Part shown: positions 20,769 through 28,674 of the stretch, one piece after another | Layout: every line of letters starts with the position of its first letter | How positions within the stretch are numbered: position 1 is the first letter of the stretch | NCBI RefSeq assembly: GCF_007671655.1 | Contig: NZ_VCGX01000001.1 | Coordinates: 613,917 to 653,916, forward strand | Direction of reading: 5' to 3' | Length of the DNA: 40,000 nucleotides | Origin: Marinobacter piscensis | GTDB lineage: Bacteria > Pseudomonadota > Gammaproteobacteria > Pseudomonadales > Oleiphilaceae | Program-made: the position numbers and the translations under genes | The notes under the pieces: generated by a model | Told to the model about the DNA's origin: nothing | Seen by the model: only the letters and a program-made list of their open reading frames with translations | Databases searched by the model: none

Positions 20769-21322
20769 GCTTTTGCTTCAGACCGGTAACGTCGTGCATC
20801 AGTAATAAACCACTCTAACATTTGCCAGTGATCTAGTTTTGTAGCCTCATTGCCCATGCTTTTCCGAATTTCCAGCAGAAACTTCCCGACAAGCGAAATC
20901 ATCTCTACGATCTCATTCTCGGAGGGCGTTACACCCTGCTGCTCTCCGCGCTGGAAAAAGTATTGCATTAGGTCATTGTATGATGTGACCACGCTCTCGG
21001 AGCCAACAAGTGACATCTTGAATGCCTTTCTTCGATACTCCTGAGAAAGTAACTTCTGTTGCGCTATTTGATTTTTTTCGCGGGATTTATTTTTGGGATC
21101 TGACTTCCAGGCTGCATCTGAGGTGAAGAGGATTACGAACGGCTCAAGAATATCATTGTAGGTCTCGATTCGGTCGTCTCTGAGCTTATCTTCCAGCTGA
21201 AACTGCCTATCTAGACCGACCCTTATCCTCCAACCTATTCCGCTAAGTATCAGAACCAATATGGGAGTAGCGATGGCCCCTATTGCCGTGACCACTTCAA
21301 GCCAATTCGCACTATCTTCCAT
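20765..21322 (-). CDS. Hypothetical single-pass membrane protein (first cassette, attI-proximal)
   Basis: 185 aa: an N-terminal TM (VVTAIGAIATPILVLILSGIGW) followed by a helical soluble domain. AAGGAGAG lies 5 nt before the ATG at 21322. Confidence 0.6.
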   Translation of the reverse strand: MEDSANWLEVVTAIGAIATPILVLILSGIGWRIRVGLDRQFQLEDKLRDDRIETYNDILEPFVILFTSDAAWKSDPKNKSREKNQIAQQKLLSQEYRRKAFKMSLVGSESVVTSYNDLMQYFFQRGEQQGVTPSENEIVEMISLVGKFLLEIRKSMGNEATKLDHWQMLEWFITDARRYRSEAKA

Positions 21323-21340
21323 GAACTCTCCTTCTTAGAG

Positions 21341-21375
21341 CATAACAGCTAATTATACGAACGAGTTCGTATATC
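21341..21375 (-). other. attI recombination site (core GTTATG plus adjacent palindrome)
   Basis: Minus strand reads TATACGAAC-TC-GTTCGTATAATTAGCT-GTTATGC, then the SD and ATG of cassette 1. It is the last GTTRRRY core before intI. Confidence 0.7.
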
Positions 21376-21399
21376 ACTCATTCGTAAAACCCCATTCAA
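21371..21399 (-). promoter_or_regulatory. Candidate cassette promoter (Pc-like) reading into the array
   Basis: Minus strand reads TTGAAT-17 nt-TGATAT. The -10 abuts the attI palindrome. Weak hexamers. Confidence 0.25.
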
Positions 21400-21597
21400 A
21401 CCCGTTCGAAAGAACAGGATTTCCTGCAATAAAACAAACCTTTAAGCAACAAACACCATGGCTACCGCCAGAGTTATACGCCCTCTTTTGAGCCACTCCC
21501 ACTCTAGCCAGGGGCGTATAATTCCACCTTTCCTGTTGCTACTTTTGAACCCTATCAGATAGTTACCTTCTTTTCTCGGGCGAGTTCTGACGTTTTG

Positions 21598-21613
21598 CGA
21601 ACACGTTCGTATA
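21598..21613. promoter_or_regulatory. Second copy of the CGAAC-NN-GTTCGTATA palindrome, upstream of the intI promoter
   Basis: CGAACACGTTCGTATA here versus CGAACGAGTTCGTATA at 21358-21373. Confidence 0.35.
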
Positions 21614-21634
21614 ACTCCACTAATCGACAGCCTC

Positions 21635-21676
21635 TTGACTTTAGCGACAACCGTTATACTGTATATAAAAACAGCA
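21635..21676 (+). promoter_or_regulatory. intI promoter region with LexA (SOS) box
   Basis: TTGACT (-35) at 21635-21640. CTGTATATAAAAACAG at 21659-21674 matches the gammaproteobacterial CTG-N10-CAG LexA box and covers the -10/+1 region, 13 nt before the intI start. Confidence 0.75.
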
Positions 21677-21687
21677 CTTAAGGATCA

Positions 21688-22680
21688 GTGGATATGGATA
21701 TCCCTACCCCCATACCGACACAGCCAACCCGTTTTTTAGATAAAGTTCGGGCCTTTATACGTCTGAGAGGCATGGCGTATAAAACAGAGAAAACCTACCT
21801 ATTCTGGATCAAGCGCTTTATCCGCTTCCATGGCCGCCGGCACCCTGAAACTATGGGCTCTGCAGAAGTTGAAGCATTTTTGTCTCATCTGGTTTTGCAG
21901 GCAAACGCAAGCGCCTCCACTCAGAGAGTCGCTTTGAATGCCCTGATATTTTTATATCGGGAATTTCTTGGCCATCCTTTAGATGACCTGAACTTCAAAC
22001 ACTCCAAAAAGCCAGTGAAGCTTCCAACCGTCTTCAGTGCGGAAGAAGCAAGATCCGTTATTGGCAATCTGAACGGAGACTACAAGCTTGTTGCCATGCT
22101 TCTCTATGGTTCTGGCCTGCGTATCAACGAAGCACTGCGTTTGAGAGTTAAAGACGTAGATTTTAATATGCAGCAATTGATTGTCCGTAGCGGCAAAGGC
22201 GCTAAAGATCGCATTACGCTGCTTCCGGATCGCCTCGTTGAGCCGTTAAAACAACAAATTGATTCAGCGCTGCACCAGCACCAGGCAGATCTTTTGAAAG
22301 GGTCTGGCTCCGTATATCTTCCCGCGGGCCTGGCACGTAAATATCCGAATGCCAGTCAGGAGCCGGGCTGGCAATATATCTTTCCCGCACAGGAGCTTTC
22401 AAAGGATCCTCGTTCAGGTATTAGCAGGCGACATCATTTAATGGACCGAACAGTTCAAAAACATTTTCGTCACGCTATCCAGGCTGCCGGAATCCGCAAG
22501 CTCGCGGGCAGTCATACTTTTCGCCACAGTTTTGCCACGCGCCTGCTAGAAACTGGCTATGATATTCGCACCATTCAGAAGCTCCTCGGCCACTCAGATA
22601 TACGCACCACAGAAATCTACACCCATGTTGTTCACAAAGGTGGTTTTGGTGTTCGCAGCCCGGTGGACGAGGGCTTCTGA
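21688..22680 (+). CDS. intI: Integron integrase IntI (tyrosine recombinase)
   Basis: 330-aa ORF with the IntI-specific insertion ...[37 protein letters not shown]... and the catalytic region ...[39 protein letters not shown]... The start is GTG 21688 or ATG 21694. Confidence 0.95.
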   Translation: MDMDIPTPIPTQPTRFLDKVRAFIRLRGMAYKTEKTYLFWIKRFIRFHGRRHPETMGSAEVEAFLSHLVLQANASASTQRVALNALIFLYREFLGHPLDDLNFKHSKKPVKLPTVFSAEEARSVIGNLNGDYKLVAMLLYGSGLRINEALRLRVKDVDFNMQQLIVRSGKGAKDRITLLPDRLVEPLKQQIDSALHQHQADLLKGSGSVYLPAGLARKYPNASQEPGWQYIFPAQELSKDPRSGISRRHHLMDRTVQKHFRHAIQAAGIRKLAGSHTFRHSFATRLLETGYDIRTIQKLLGHSDIRTTEIYTHVVHKGGFGVRSPVDEGF

Positions 22681-22702
22681 ATTCACTACATGTGGTGCAG
22701 CC

Positions 22703-23761
22703 TCACCACTCCAACTGCGCCCCGGTCTGATACTCAATCACTCGCGTCTCAAAGAAGTTCTTCTCTTTGCGCATGGTGGCCTGTTCTTCCAGCCAGGGTG
22801 ATACGTTTTTGGCGCCGGGGAACGGGTCTTCCAGGCCTACGGTGCGGGCTCTTCGGTTGGCCACAAACCGGAATTGTTCGGTGTGGTATTCCGCCGAGTA
22901 GCCCAGAATCGGGTCCCGCAAAATGTAGTCAGCGTAGTCTTTCTCTACGGCTTCGGATTCGTCCCACATCTCGCGCACGGCTCTGTGATCAAGGCTGATG
23001 TTTTCTTCTTCCAGAATCTGGTTCACCACTTTCAGGCCGAAGGCGAAGTGCATGGCTTCGTCGCGCAGTATGTATTGCAGTTGTTCGCCGGTGCCGCGCA
23101 TCAGGCCGCGTCTTTGCAGGGCGAAGATGGGGCTGAAACCGTTGTAGAACCAGCAGCCTTCAAATACGCCGGCAAAGAACAGGTACGACATGATGAATTC
23201 CTGCAGGTCGTCTTTGTTGCGCAGGTTGATGTCGGGGCGCATAGCGGCGTCGAGGCGGCGGTTGGCCATCTGGATTTTGGCATTGATTTGCGGCACGACG
23301 CGGTAGCGGTTGTAGATTTCGCTCTGGTCCAGGTTGAGGGTTTCTATGCAATGCTGGTAGGCCCAGGTGTGCATGGCTTCTTCGTATACTTGACGCGCCT
23401 GGTAGATTTGCAGTTCCGGGGCGGTCATTTTTTCCATCACCGCCAGGCCGATGTTGCGCATGGCCAGGATGTCGGAGGTGGTGAGGTAGGCCAGCACGTT
23501 TTCGAAGACGTGTTTTTCCGCCGGGTTCAGGCGGTGGTGGTAGTCGTGAACGTCCTGGCTCATGTTTACATCCAGCGGCGTCCAGTGGTTTTTGTTGGCG
23601 TTCATAAAGAACTCCCAGGCCCAGGGGTACTTGAACGGTGCCAGCTGGTTTACGTCGGTTTCGCCGTTGATCACGCGTTTGTCGTCGGCGTTTACGGGGG
23701 CCACGCTGCTATCGGCAGCAGGCTGGGCTTGTGATTTGGTTTCGTCGTCCCAGTTCAGCAT
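22703..23761 (-). CDS. nrdB: Ribonucleotide-diphosphate reductase class Ia beta subunit
   Basis: 352-aa ORF with ferritin-like diiron motifs (...YEEAMHTWAY..., ...RDEAMHFAFG...). It lies directly downstream of nrdA. Confidence 0.9.
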   Translation of the reverse strand: MLNWDDETKSQAQPAADSSVAPVNADDKRVINGETDVNQLAPFKYPWAWEFFMNANKNHWTPLDVNMSQDVHDYHHRLNPAEKHVFENVLAYLTTSDILAMRNIGLAVMEKMTAPELQIYQARQVYEEAMHTWAYQHCIETLNLDQSEIYNRYRVVPQINAKIQMANRRLDAAMRPDINLRNKDDLQEFIMSYLFFAGVFEGCWFYNGFSPIFALQRRGLMRGTGEQLQYILRDEAMHFAFGLKVVNQILEEENISLDHRAVREMWDESEAVEKDYADYILRDPILGYSAEYHTEQFRFVANRRARTVGLEDPFPGAKNVSPWLEEQATMRKEKNFFETRVIEYQTGAQLEW

Positions 23762-23788
23762 GGGTTACTCCTATCTGAGCTTTTGTTG

Positions 23789-23881
23789 GCCACGAAATCC
23801 ACGAAAAAACACGAACAAAGATTTAAAAGAAAAATACACGCTTTGTTTTCTTCTTTCGTGTTTTTTCGTGGATTTCGTGGC
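23789..23881. repeat. 27-bp perfect inverted repeat in the nrdA-nrdB intergenic region
   Basis: GCCACGAAATCCACGAAAAAACACGAA (23789-23815) is the exact reverse complement of 23855-23881, with a 39-nt A/T-rich loop. The left arm contains CACGAA three times. Confidence 0.9.
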
Positions 23882-23892
23882 AAAAAAATCAC

Positions 23893-26661
23893 TTACTGAC
23901 AAGCCTCACAATCTGGCTCGTCAATGCTGCATACCTGCGGCTGTGGCGCCGCAACCGGAGCCGCTTGCTGGTTTACGCCGGTGGCACCCAGTGAGCGCAG
24001 GTAGTAGGTGGTTTTCAGGCCACGCTCCCAGGCCAGTTGATAGAGTTCGTCGAGTTTTCTGCCGCTGGGTTCAGCCATGTACAGGTTCAGACTCTGGGCC
24101 TGGTCGAGCCATTTCTGGCGGCGGGAGGCGGCTTCTACCAGCCAGCGGGCGTCGATTTCAAAGGCGGTGGCATAGCGGGATTTCAGTTCGGTGGGTATGC
24201 GGTCGATTTGCTGCACGCTGCCGTCGTAGTATTTGAGGTCGTTCACCATCACGTTGTCCCACAGGCCTTCGGCTTTTAGATCGCGCACCAGTGAGGGGTT
24301 CACCACGGTGAATTCGCCGGAGAGGTTCGATTTCACAAACAGGTTCTGGTACGCCGGTTCAATGGACTGGGATACGCCCACAATGTTGGAGATGGTGGCG
24401 GTGGGGGCGATGGCCATAACGTTGCTGTTGCGCATGCCGTGTTTGGCAATAAGCTCACGCACCGGCGTCCAGTCCAGGCGGCTGTCGGTGTTCACGCTCA
24501 GGTCGCCGTCTTTGCGGGCGGCTTTAAGGTGTTCAATGGAGTCGATGGGCAGCACACCCTGGCTCCATAGCGAGCCTTCGTAGCTTTCATAAGCGCCCCG
24601 CTCGGCCGCCAGTTGTGCTGAAGCGCGAATGGCGAAGTAGCTCAGCTGTTCCATGGCCACATCGGCAAACTCAACAGCTTCCGGGCTGGTGTATGCCAGG
24701 CGCAGTTTATACAACGCATCCTGAAAGCCCATCAGGCCGAGGCCTACCGGGCGGTGTTTCAGGTTGGAGTTGCGGGCCTGGGGCACGGCGTAGTAGTTGA
24801 TGTTGATTACGTTATCGAGCATGCGCACGGCGGTGTTCACAGTGCGTTCAAGGCGCTGCACATCCAGCTCGCCGTTGGCGATATGGGCGGCCAGGTTTAC
24901 GGAGCCCAGGTTGCACACAGCAATCTCATCGGCGCTGGTGTTGAGAGTGATCTCGGTACACAGGTTGGAGCTGTGCACCACGCCCTTGTGCTGCTGCGGC
25001 GAGCGCAGGTTGCTGGGGTCTTTGAAGGTAATCCAGGGGTGGCCGGTCTCAAACAGCACGGTCAGCATTTTGCGCCACAGCTGTTTGGCGGAGATAGTTT
25101 TAAACAGCTCGATTTTGCCTTCCGCCGCCAGTGCTTCGTAATGTTCGTAGCGCTCGCGGAATTCGTTGCCGTACAGGTCGTGCAAATCGGGCACGTCGCT
25201 GGGGCTGAACAGGGTCCAGTCGCGGTCTTCGCGCATGCGTTCAATCAGCAGATCCGGTACCCAGTTGGCGGTGTTCATATCGTGGGTGCGGCGGCGCTCG
25301 TCGCCGGTGTTTTTGCGCAACTCCAGAAACTCTTCAATGTCCAGATGCCAGCTTTCCAGGTAGGCGCACACGGCACCTTTACGCTTCCCACCCTGGTTTA
25401 CAGCGACGGCGGTGTCGTTCACCACTTTCAGGAAAGGCACAATGCCCTGGCTCTGGCCGTTGGTGCCTTTGATGCGGGAGCCCAGGGCGCGTACCGGGGT
25501 CCAGTCGTTGCCCAGGCCGCCAGCCCATTTGGAGAGCATGGCGTTGTCGCGGATCGATCCGTAGATGTCTTCCAGATCGTCGCCCACGGTGGTGAGGTAG
25601 CAGGACGACAGCTGAGAGTGACGCGTGCCACTGTTGAACAGTGTCGGCGTGGAAGCCATGTAGTCGAATGAGGACAACAGATTGTAGAACTCGATGGCAC
25701 GGGCGTTGGGGTCGTCTTCCCGCAGGGCCAGGCCCATGGCGACGCGCATGAAAAACACCTGGGGCAGTTCCAGGCGGGCGTCTTTCCAGTGCAGGAAGTA
25801 GCGGTCGAACAGGGTTTGCAGGCCGAGGAAACCAAACTGCAGGTCCTGTTCGGGTTTCAGGGCAGCGCCCAGGCGCTCCAGATCGAAAGCCGCCATGGCT
25901 TCGTCCAGCAATTCATAGCGAATGCCGGCGTGGATGAAGGCACTCAGAGCCTGTGGATACACGTCGGCAAGGCTCAGGCTGGTATCCAGGTTCAGTGCGC
26001 TCAGGCTTTCAAGTCGTAGCTGTTCCAGCAACAGGCGGGCGGTCACCGCGCTGTAATCCGGCTCTCTTTCAATGCGCCCGCGAGCGGTCATGATCAATGC
26101 GCTCAGCACTTCGGCTTCATCAATGCCGTTGTAGAGATTACGGATAGACTCCTCTACCAGAGATTCACCATCAATGCCTTCCAGCCCCGCCGAAGCCTGC
26201 TCTACCTGTTGTTTCATCCGGCCCAGGTCCAGGGGCGCGGTACAGCCATCAGCCTGTTTTACGGTGAGATGCGGGTGGGCTTCTACCGGCTCGTGCAAGG
26301 CCCGTTCGTGGGCCTGCTTTTCGCGGTAAAGCACATAAGCACGAGCCACTTTTTGCTCTTCTGCCCGCATCAGGGCCAGTTCTACCTGATCCTGGATGTC
26401 TTCAATATGAACCCGGCCTCCGGCTTTCAGGCGGCGGCTGATGGCCTGCACCACCTGCTCGGTTACCCGGTGAACGGCATCGTTAATGTGGGCCGAGCCG
26501 GCAGCCTCGTCGCCTTCAACGGCAAGGAAGGCCTTGGTGACCGCCACGCTGATTTTGGAAGGGGTAAAGCTGACCAGATTGCCGTTGCGTTTGATAACCT
26601 GAAGGGCTTCTGTGTCGGATGGTGCAGCGGGCCGGGCTTCGGCCTGAGCAGTCGCAGACAT
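23893..26661 (-). CDS. nrdA: Ribonucleotide-diphosphate reductase class Ia alpha subunit
   Basis: 922 aa from the ATG at 26661, preceded by AGGAGA at 7 nt. It has an N-terminal ATP-cone (VIKRNGNLVSFTPSKI), the catalytic region ...NLCTEI..., and a C-terminal CxxxxxxCxxC tail. Confidence 0.95.
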   Translation of the reverse strand: MSATAQAEARPAAPSDTEALQVIKRNGNLVSFTPSKISVAVTKAFLAVEGDEAAGSAHINDAVHRVTEQVVQAISRRLKAGGRVHIEDIQDQVELALMRAEEQKVARAYVLYREKQAHERALHEPVEAHPHLTVKQADGCTAPLDLGRMKQQVEQASAGLEGIDGESLVEESIRNLYNGIDEAEVLSALIMTARGRIEREPDYSAVTARLLLEQLRLESLSALNLDTSLSLADVYPQALSAFIHAGIRYELLDEAMAAFDLERLGAALKPEQDLQFGFLGLQTLFDRYFLHWKDARLELPQVFFMRVAMGLALREDDPNARAIEFYNLLSSFDYMASTPTLFNSGTRHSQLSSCYLTTVGDDLEDIYGSIRDNAMLSKWAGGLGNDWTPVRALGSRIKGTNGQSQGIVPFLKVVNDTAVAVNQGGKRKGAVCAYLESWHLDIEEFLELRKNTGDERRRTHDMNTANWVPDLLIERMREDRDWTLFSPSDVPDLHDLYGNEFRERYEHYEALAAEGKIELFKTISAKQLWRKMLTVLFETGHPWITFKDPSNLRSPQQHKGVVHSSNLCTEITLNTSADEIAVCNLGSVNLAAHIANGELDVQRLERTVNTAVRMLDNVININYYAVPQARNSNLKHRPVGLGLMGFQDALYKLRLAYTSPEAVEFADVAMEQLSYFAIRASAQLAAERGAYESYEGSLWSQGVLPIDSIEHLKAARKDGDLSVNTDSRLDWTPVRELIAKHGMRNSNVMAIAPTATISNIVGVSQSIEPAYQNLFVKSNLSGEFTVVNPSLVRDLKAEGLWDNVMVNDLKYYDGSVQQIDRIPTELKSRYATAFEIDARWLVEAASRRQKWLDQAQSLNLYMAEPSGRKLDELYQLAWERGLKTTYYLRSLGATGVNQQAAPVAAPQPQVCSIDEPDCEACQ

Positions 26662-26967
26662 ACCTGTGTCTCCTGAGTACGCGTGAATTCCATTACCTTC
26701 GCGTACGCAGGACAAACCGGTGCACCAGTCAATCGTAGCTGGTACTGTGGCCGTGCTTGTTGCTGCTTACCTTAACAGAGCCAAATGCAGGCGCCTGAGT
26801 CGCGAAGGTACAGTTATCCCTGGCAGGTCTTCGGACTCAGGGGCGTGAACCGTTTACTCGCTGGTTCTGCCTTGCGTGGCGACTTCCCGGCTTGTGCCAG
26901 TGTCTTTTTGCCACGCTCGTTCCCCAATACCGCTGCGCGTCAGTTCCGGATTCTCACCGGATTCCCG

Positions 26968-27030
26968 ATACCATATCTGGTATATAACCAAGGACGCAGC
27001 CACTATATACGGGACATTCAGAGGAAACAA
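26968..27030 (-). promoter_or_regulatory. Candidate nrdA promoter with two NrdR-box-like sites
   Basis: Minus strand reads TTGTTT-17 nt-TATAGT (27030-27002). Box-like 16-mers at 27000-27015 (CCACTATATACGGG half-match) and 26968-26983 (ATACCATATCTGGTAT) have centres 32 bp apart. Confidence 0.4.
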
Positions 27031-27057
27031 GGTTGACAAGAGTGCATTAATGTCCAT

Positions 27058-28563
27058 TCAGATATGGAACATCACCATGTACAGCCCTACCCCGCCCATC
27101 ACAACGGTATAGGGGAATGCCATAATAACCATTCGCCCATAGGACAACCGCACCAGTGGCGCAATGGCGGAGGTCAACAGAAACAGGAAAGCCGCCTGGC
27201 CATTAGGTGTGGCAACACTGGGCAGGTTGGTGCCTGTGTTAATGGCCACGGCAAGCTCCTGAAAGTGCTGATAACTGATGCTGCCGGCATCCAGCGCCTG
27301 TTTGATTTCACTGATATAAACCGTGGCAACAAACACGTTGTCACTGATCATGGAGAGCAGGCCGTTGGCTATAAAGAACATGCCCGGCTGCTGGCTTTCC
27401 GGAAGCGACAGAACAAAATCAATCATGGGCTTGAACAGGTGCTGTTCATGGATCACCGCTACAACGGCAAAGAACACAACCAGCAACGATGTAAACGGCA
27501 ACGACTCCTGAAAAGCCTTACCTATCTGATGTTCGCTGGTGACGCCGGTAAATGAGGTGATGAGGATAATAACCAGCAAACCAATCAGGCCCACTTCGGC
27601 CAGGTGCAGAGACAGACCGATCACGAGCACAATCGCTGCAAATGCCTGTACCCACAGGGCGGCTTGATCGGTTTTTGAACGTTTAACGCGCTCTTCTTCA
27701 GCAAACTCTTCCAGAACACGCCGCACAGGCTTGGGAAGCCGGCCGCCGTAACCGAACCAGCGCATTTTTTCCAGAACCCAGCAGGTTATAAGACCGGCTA
27801 CCAGCACCGGCATACTGACAGGTGCCATGTGCAGGAAAAACCCGATAAAGTCCCAGCCAACAACCTTGGCAATTAACAGATTCTGGGGCTCCCCGACCAT
27901 GGTAGCGACGCCGCCCAAAGCTGTGCCTATGGCACCATGCATCAGCAGGCTGCGCAGAAAGGCCCGGAAGTTTTCCAGATCGCGCCGGTGCAATTCGATC
28001 ACATCGTCATCACTGTCGGTATTGTGATCACTTGCCTGGTATCCTTTTCCGGACGCGACCTTGTGGTAAACCGAGAAGAAACCGACCGCAACGCTGATGA
28101 TGACCGCGGTTACTGTCAAGGCATCCAGGAACGCTGAAAGCAATGCCGCCGCACCACAAAACAGGAGGGCGAGTGCCGACTTGGACCTTACCCCTACCAG
28201 GATCTGCGTAAACACAACCAGCAGCAAATCCTGCATGAAATAAATGCCCGCCACCATGAACATCAGCAACAGTATTACCGGAAAATTCGTGAGCAGTTCC
28301 AGGTACACCGCATCGGTGGTGGTCAACCCGATCAACAAGGCTTCTATCGCCAGCAACCCGCCCGGCAGGAGTGGGTAACACTTCAGGGCCATTGCCAGGG
28401 TAAAGATGAATTCGGCGATCAGAAGCCAGCCTGCTGTCACAGGTCCCAACAGGTACATCACAATGGGGTTGGCTATCAGGAACAGTACAATGATCTGTTT
28501 GTACCAGACAGGCGCCTTACCTAGAAAGTTACTGGAAAAGGCAGAGAACATGGTTGTGGGCAT
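27058..28563 (-). CDS. nhaB: Na+/H+ antiporter NhaB
   Basis: ...[68 protein letters not shown]... is collinear with E. coli NhaB. ATG at 28563; an alternative TTG lies at 28584. Confidence 0.9.
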   Translation of the reverse strand: MPTTMFSAFSSNFLGKAPVWYKQIIVLFLIANPIVMYLLGPVTAGWLLIAEFIFTLAMALKCYPLLPGGLLAIEALLIGLTTTDAVYLELLTNFPVILLLMFMVAGIYFMQDLLLVVFTQILVGVRSKSALALLFCGAAALLSAFLDALTVTAVIISVAVGFFSVYHKVASGKGYQASDHNTDSDDDVIELHRRDLENFRAFLRSLLMHGAIGTALGGVATMVGEPQNLLIAKVVGWDFIGFFLHMAPVSMPVLVAGLITCWVLEKMRWFGYGGRLPKPVRRVLEEFAEEERVKRSKTDQAALWVQAFAAIVLVIGLSLHLAEVGLIGLLVIILITSFTGVTSEHQIGKAFQESLPFTSLLVVFFAVVAVIHEQHLFKPMIDFVLSLPESQQPGMFFIANGLLSMISDNVFVATVYISEIKQALDAGSISYQHFQELAVAINTGTNLPSVATPNGQAAFLFLLTSAIAPLVRLSYGRMVIMAFPYTVVMGGVGLYMVMFHI

Positions 28564-28674
28564 TACGGAGGTCTTCCGGTTCAACAGGGTAAAATAGGGT
28601 CATCAGTCTAACGGGTAAAGATACACCGCTGCCCCGGACTCTAGTATCACGGCATATGCGCACTGGTTACTTGT

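Larger units (their letters stand above)
879..22680 (-). mobile_element. Sedentary chromosomal integron: intI + attI + array of about 32 attC-bounded cassettes (~20.5 kb)
   Basis: IntI-type tyrosine recombinase at 21688-22680 and an attI core GTTATG (minus strand) at 21341-21346. There are 31 clear and 1 degenerate attC sites, all in one orientation, each with RYYYAAC...GTTRRRY cores around an imperfect palindrome. Single short ORFs lie between the sites. Confidence 0.95.

Noticed and set aside
21358-21369. CGAACGAGTTCG considered as a Gram-positive-type LexA (Cheo) box.
   Set aside because: The Cheo box has a 4-nt spacer (CGAAC-N4-GTTCG), whereas this has 2 nt. The host is gammaproteobacterial, and a canonical CTG-N10-CAG box is present at 21659-21674.
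22874-23734. 286-aa + strand ORF antisense to nrdB, with similar long antisense ORFs in nrdA (24754-25671, 26209-26676) and in nhaB, BCCT and the other core genes.
   Set aside because: The opposite-strand frames encode clearly recognisable conserved proteins. The antisense ORFs have Val/Gly/Ala/His-rich compositions typical of stop-poor antisense frames in GC-rich DNA.
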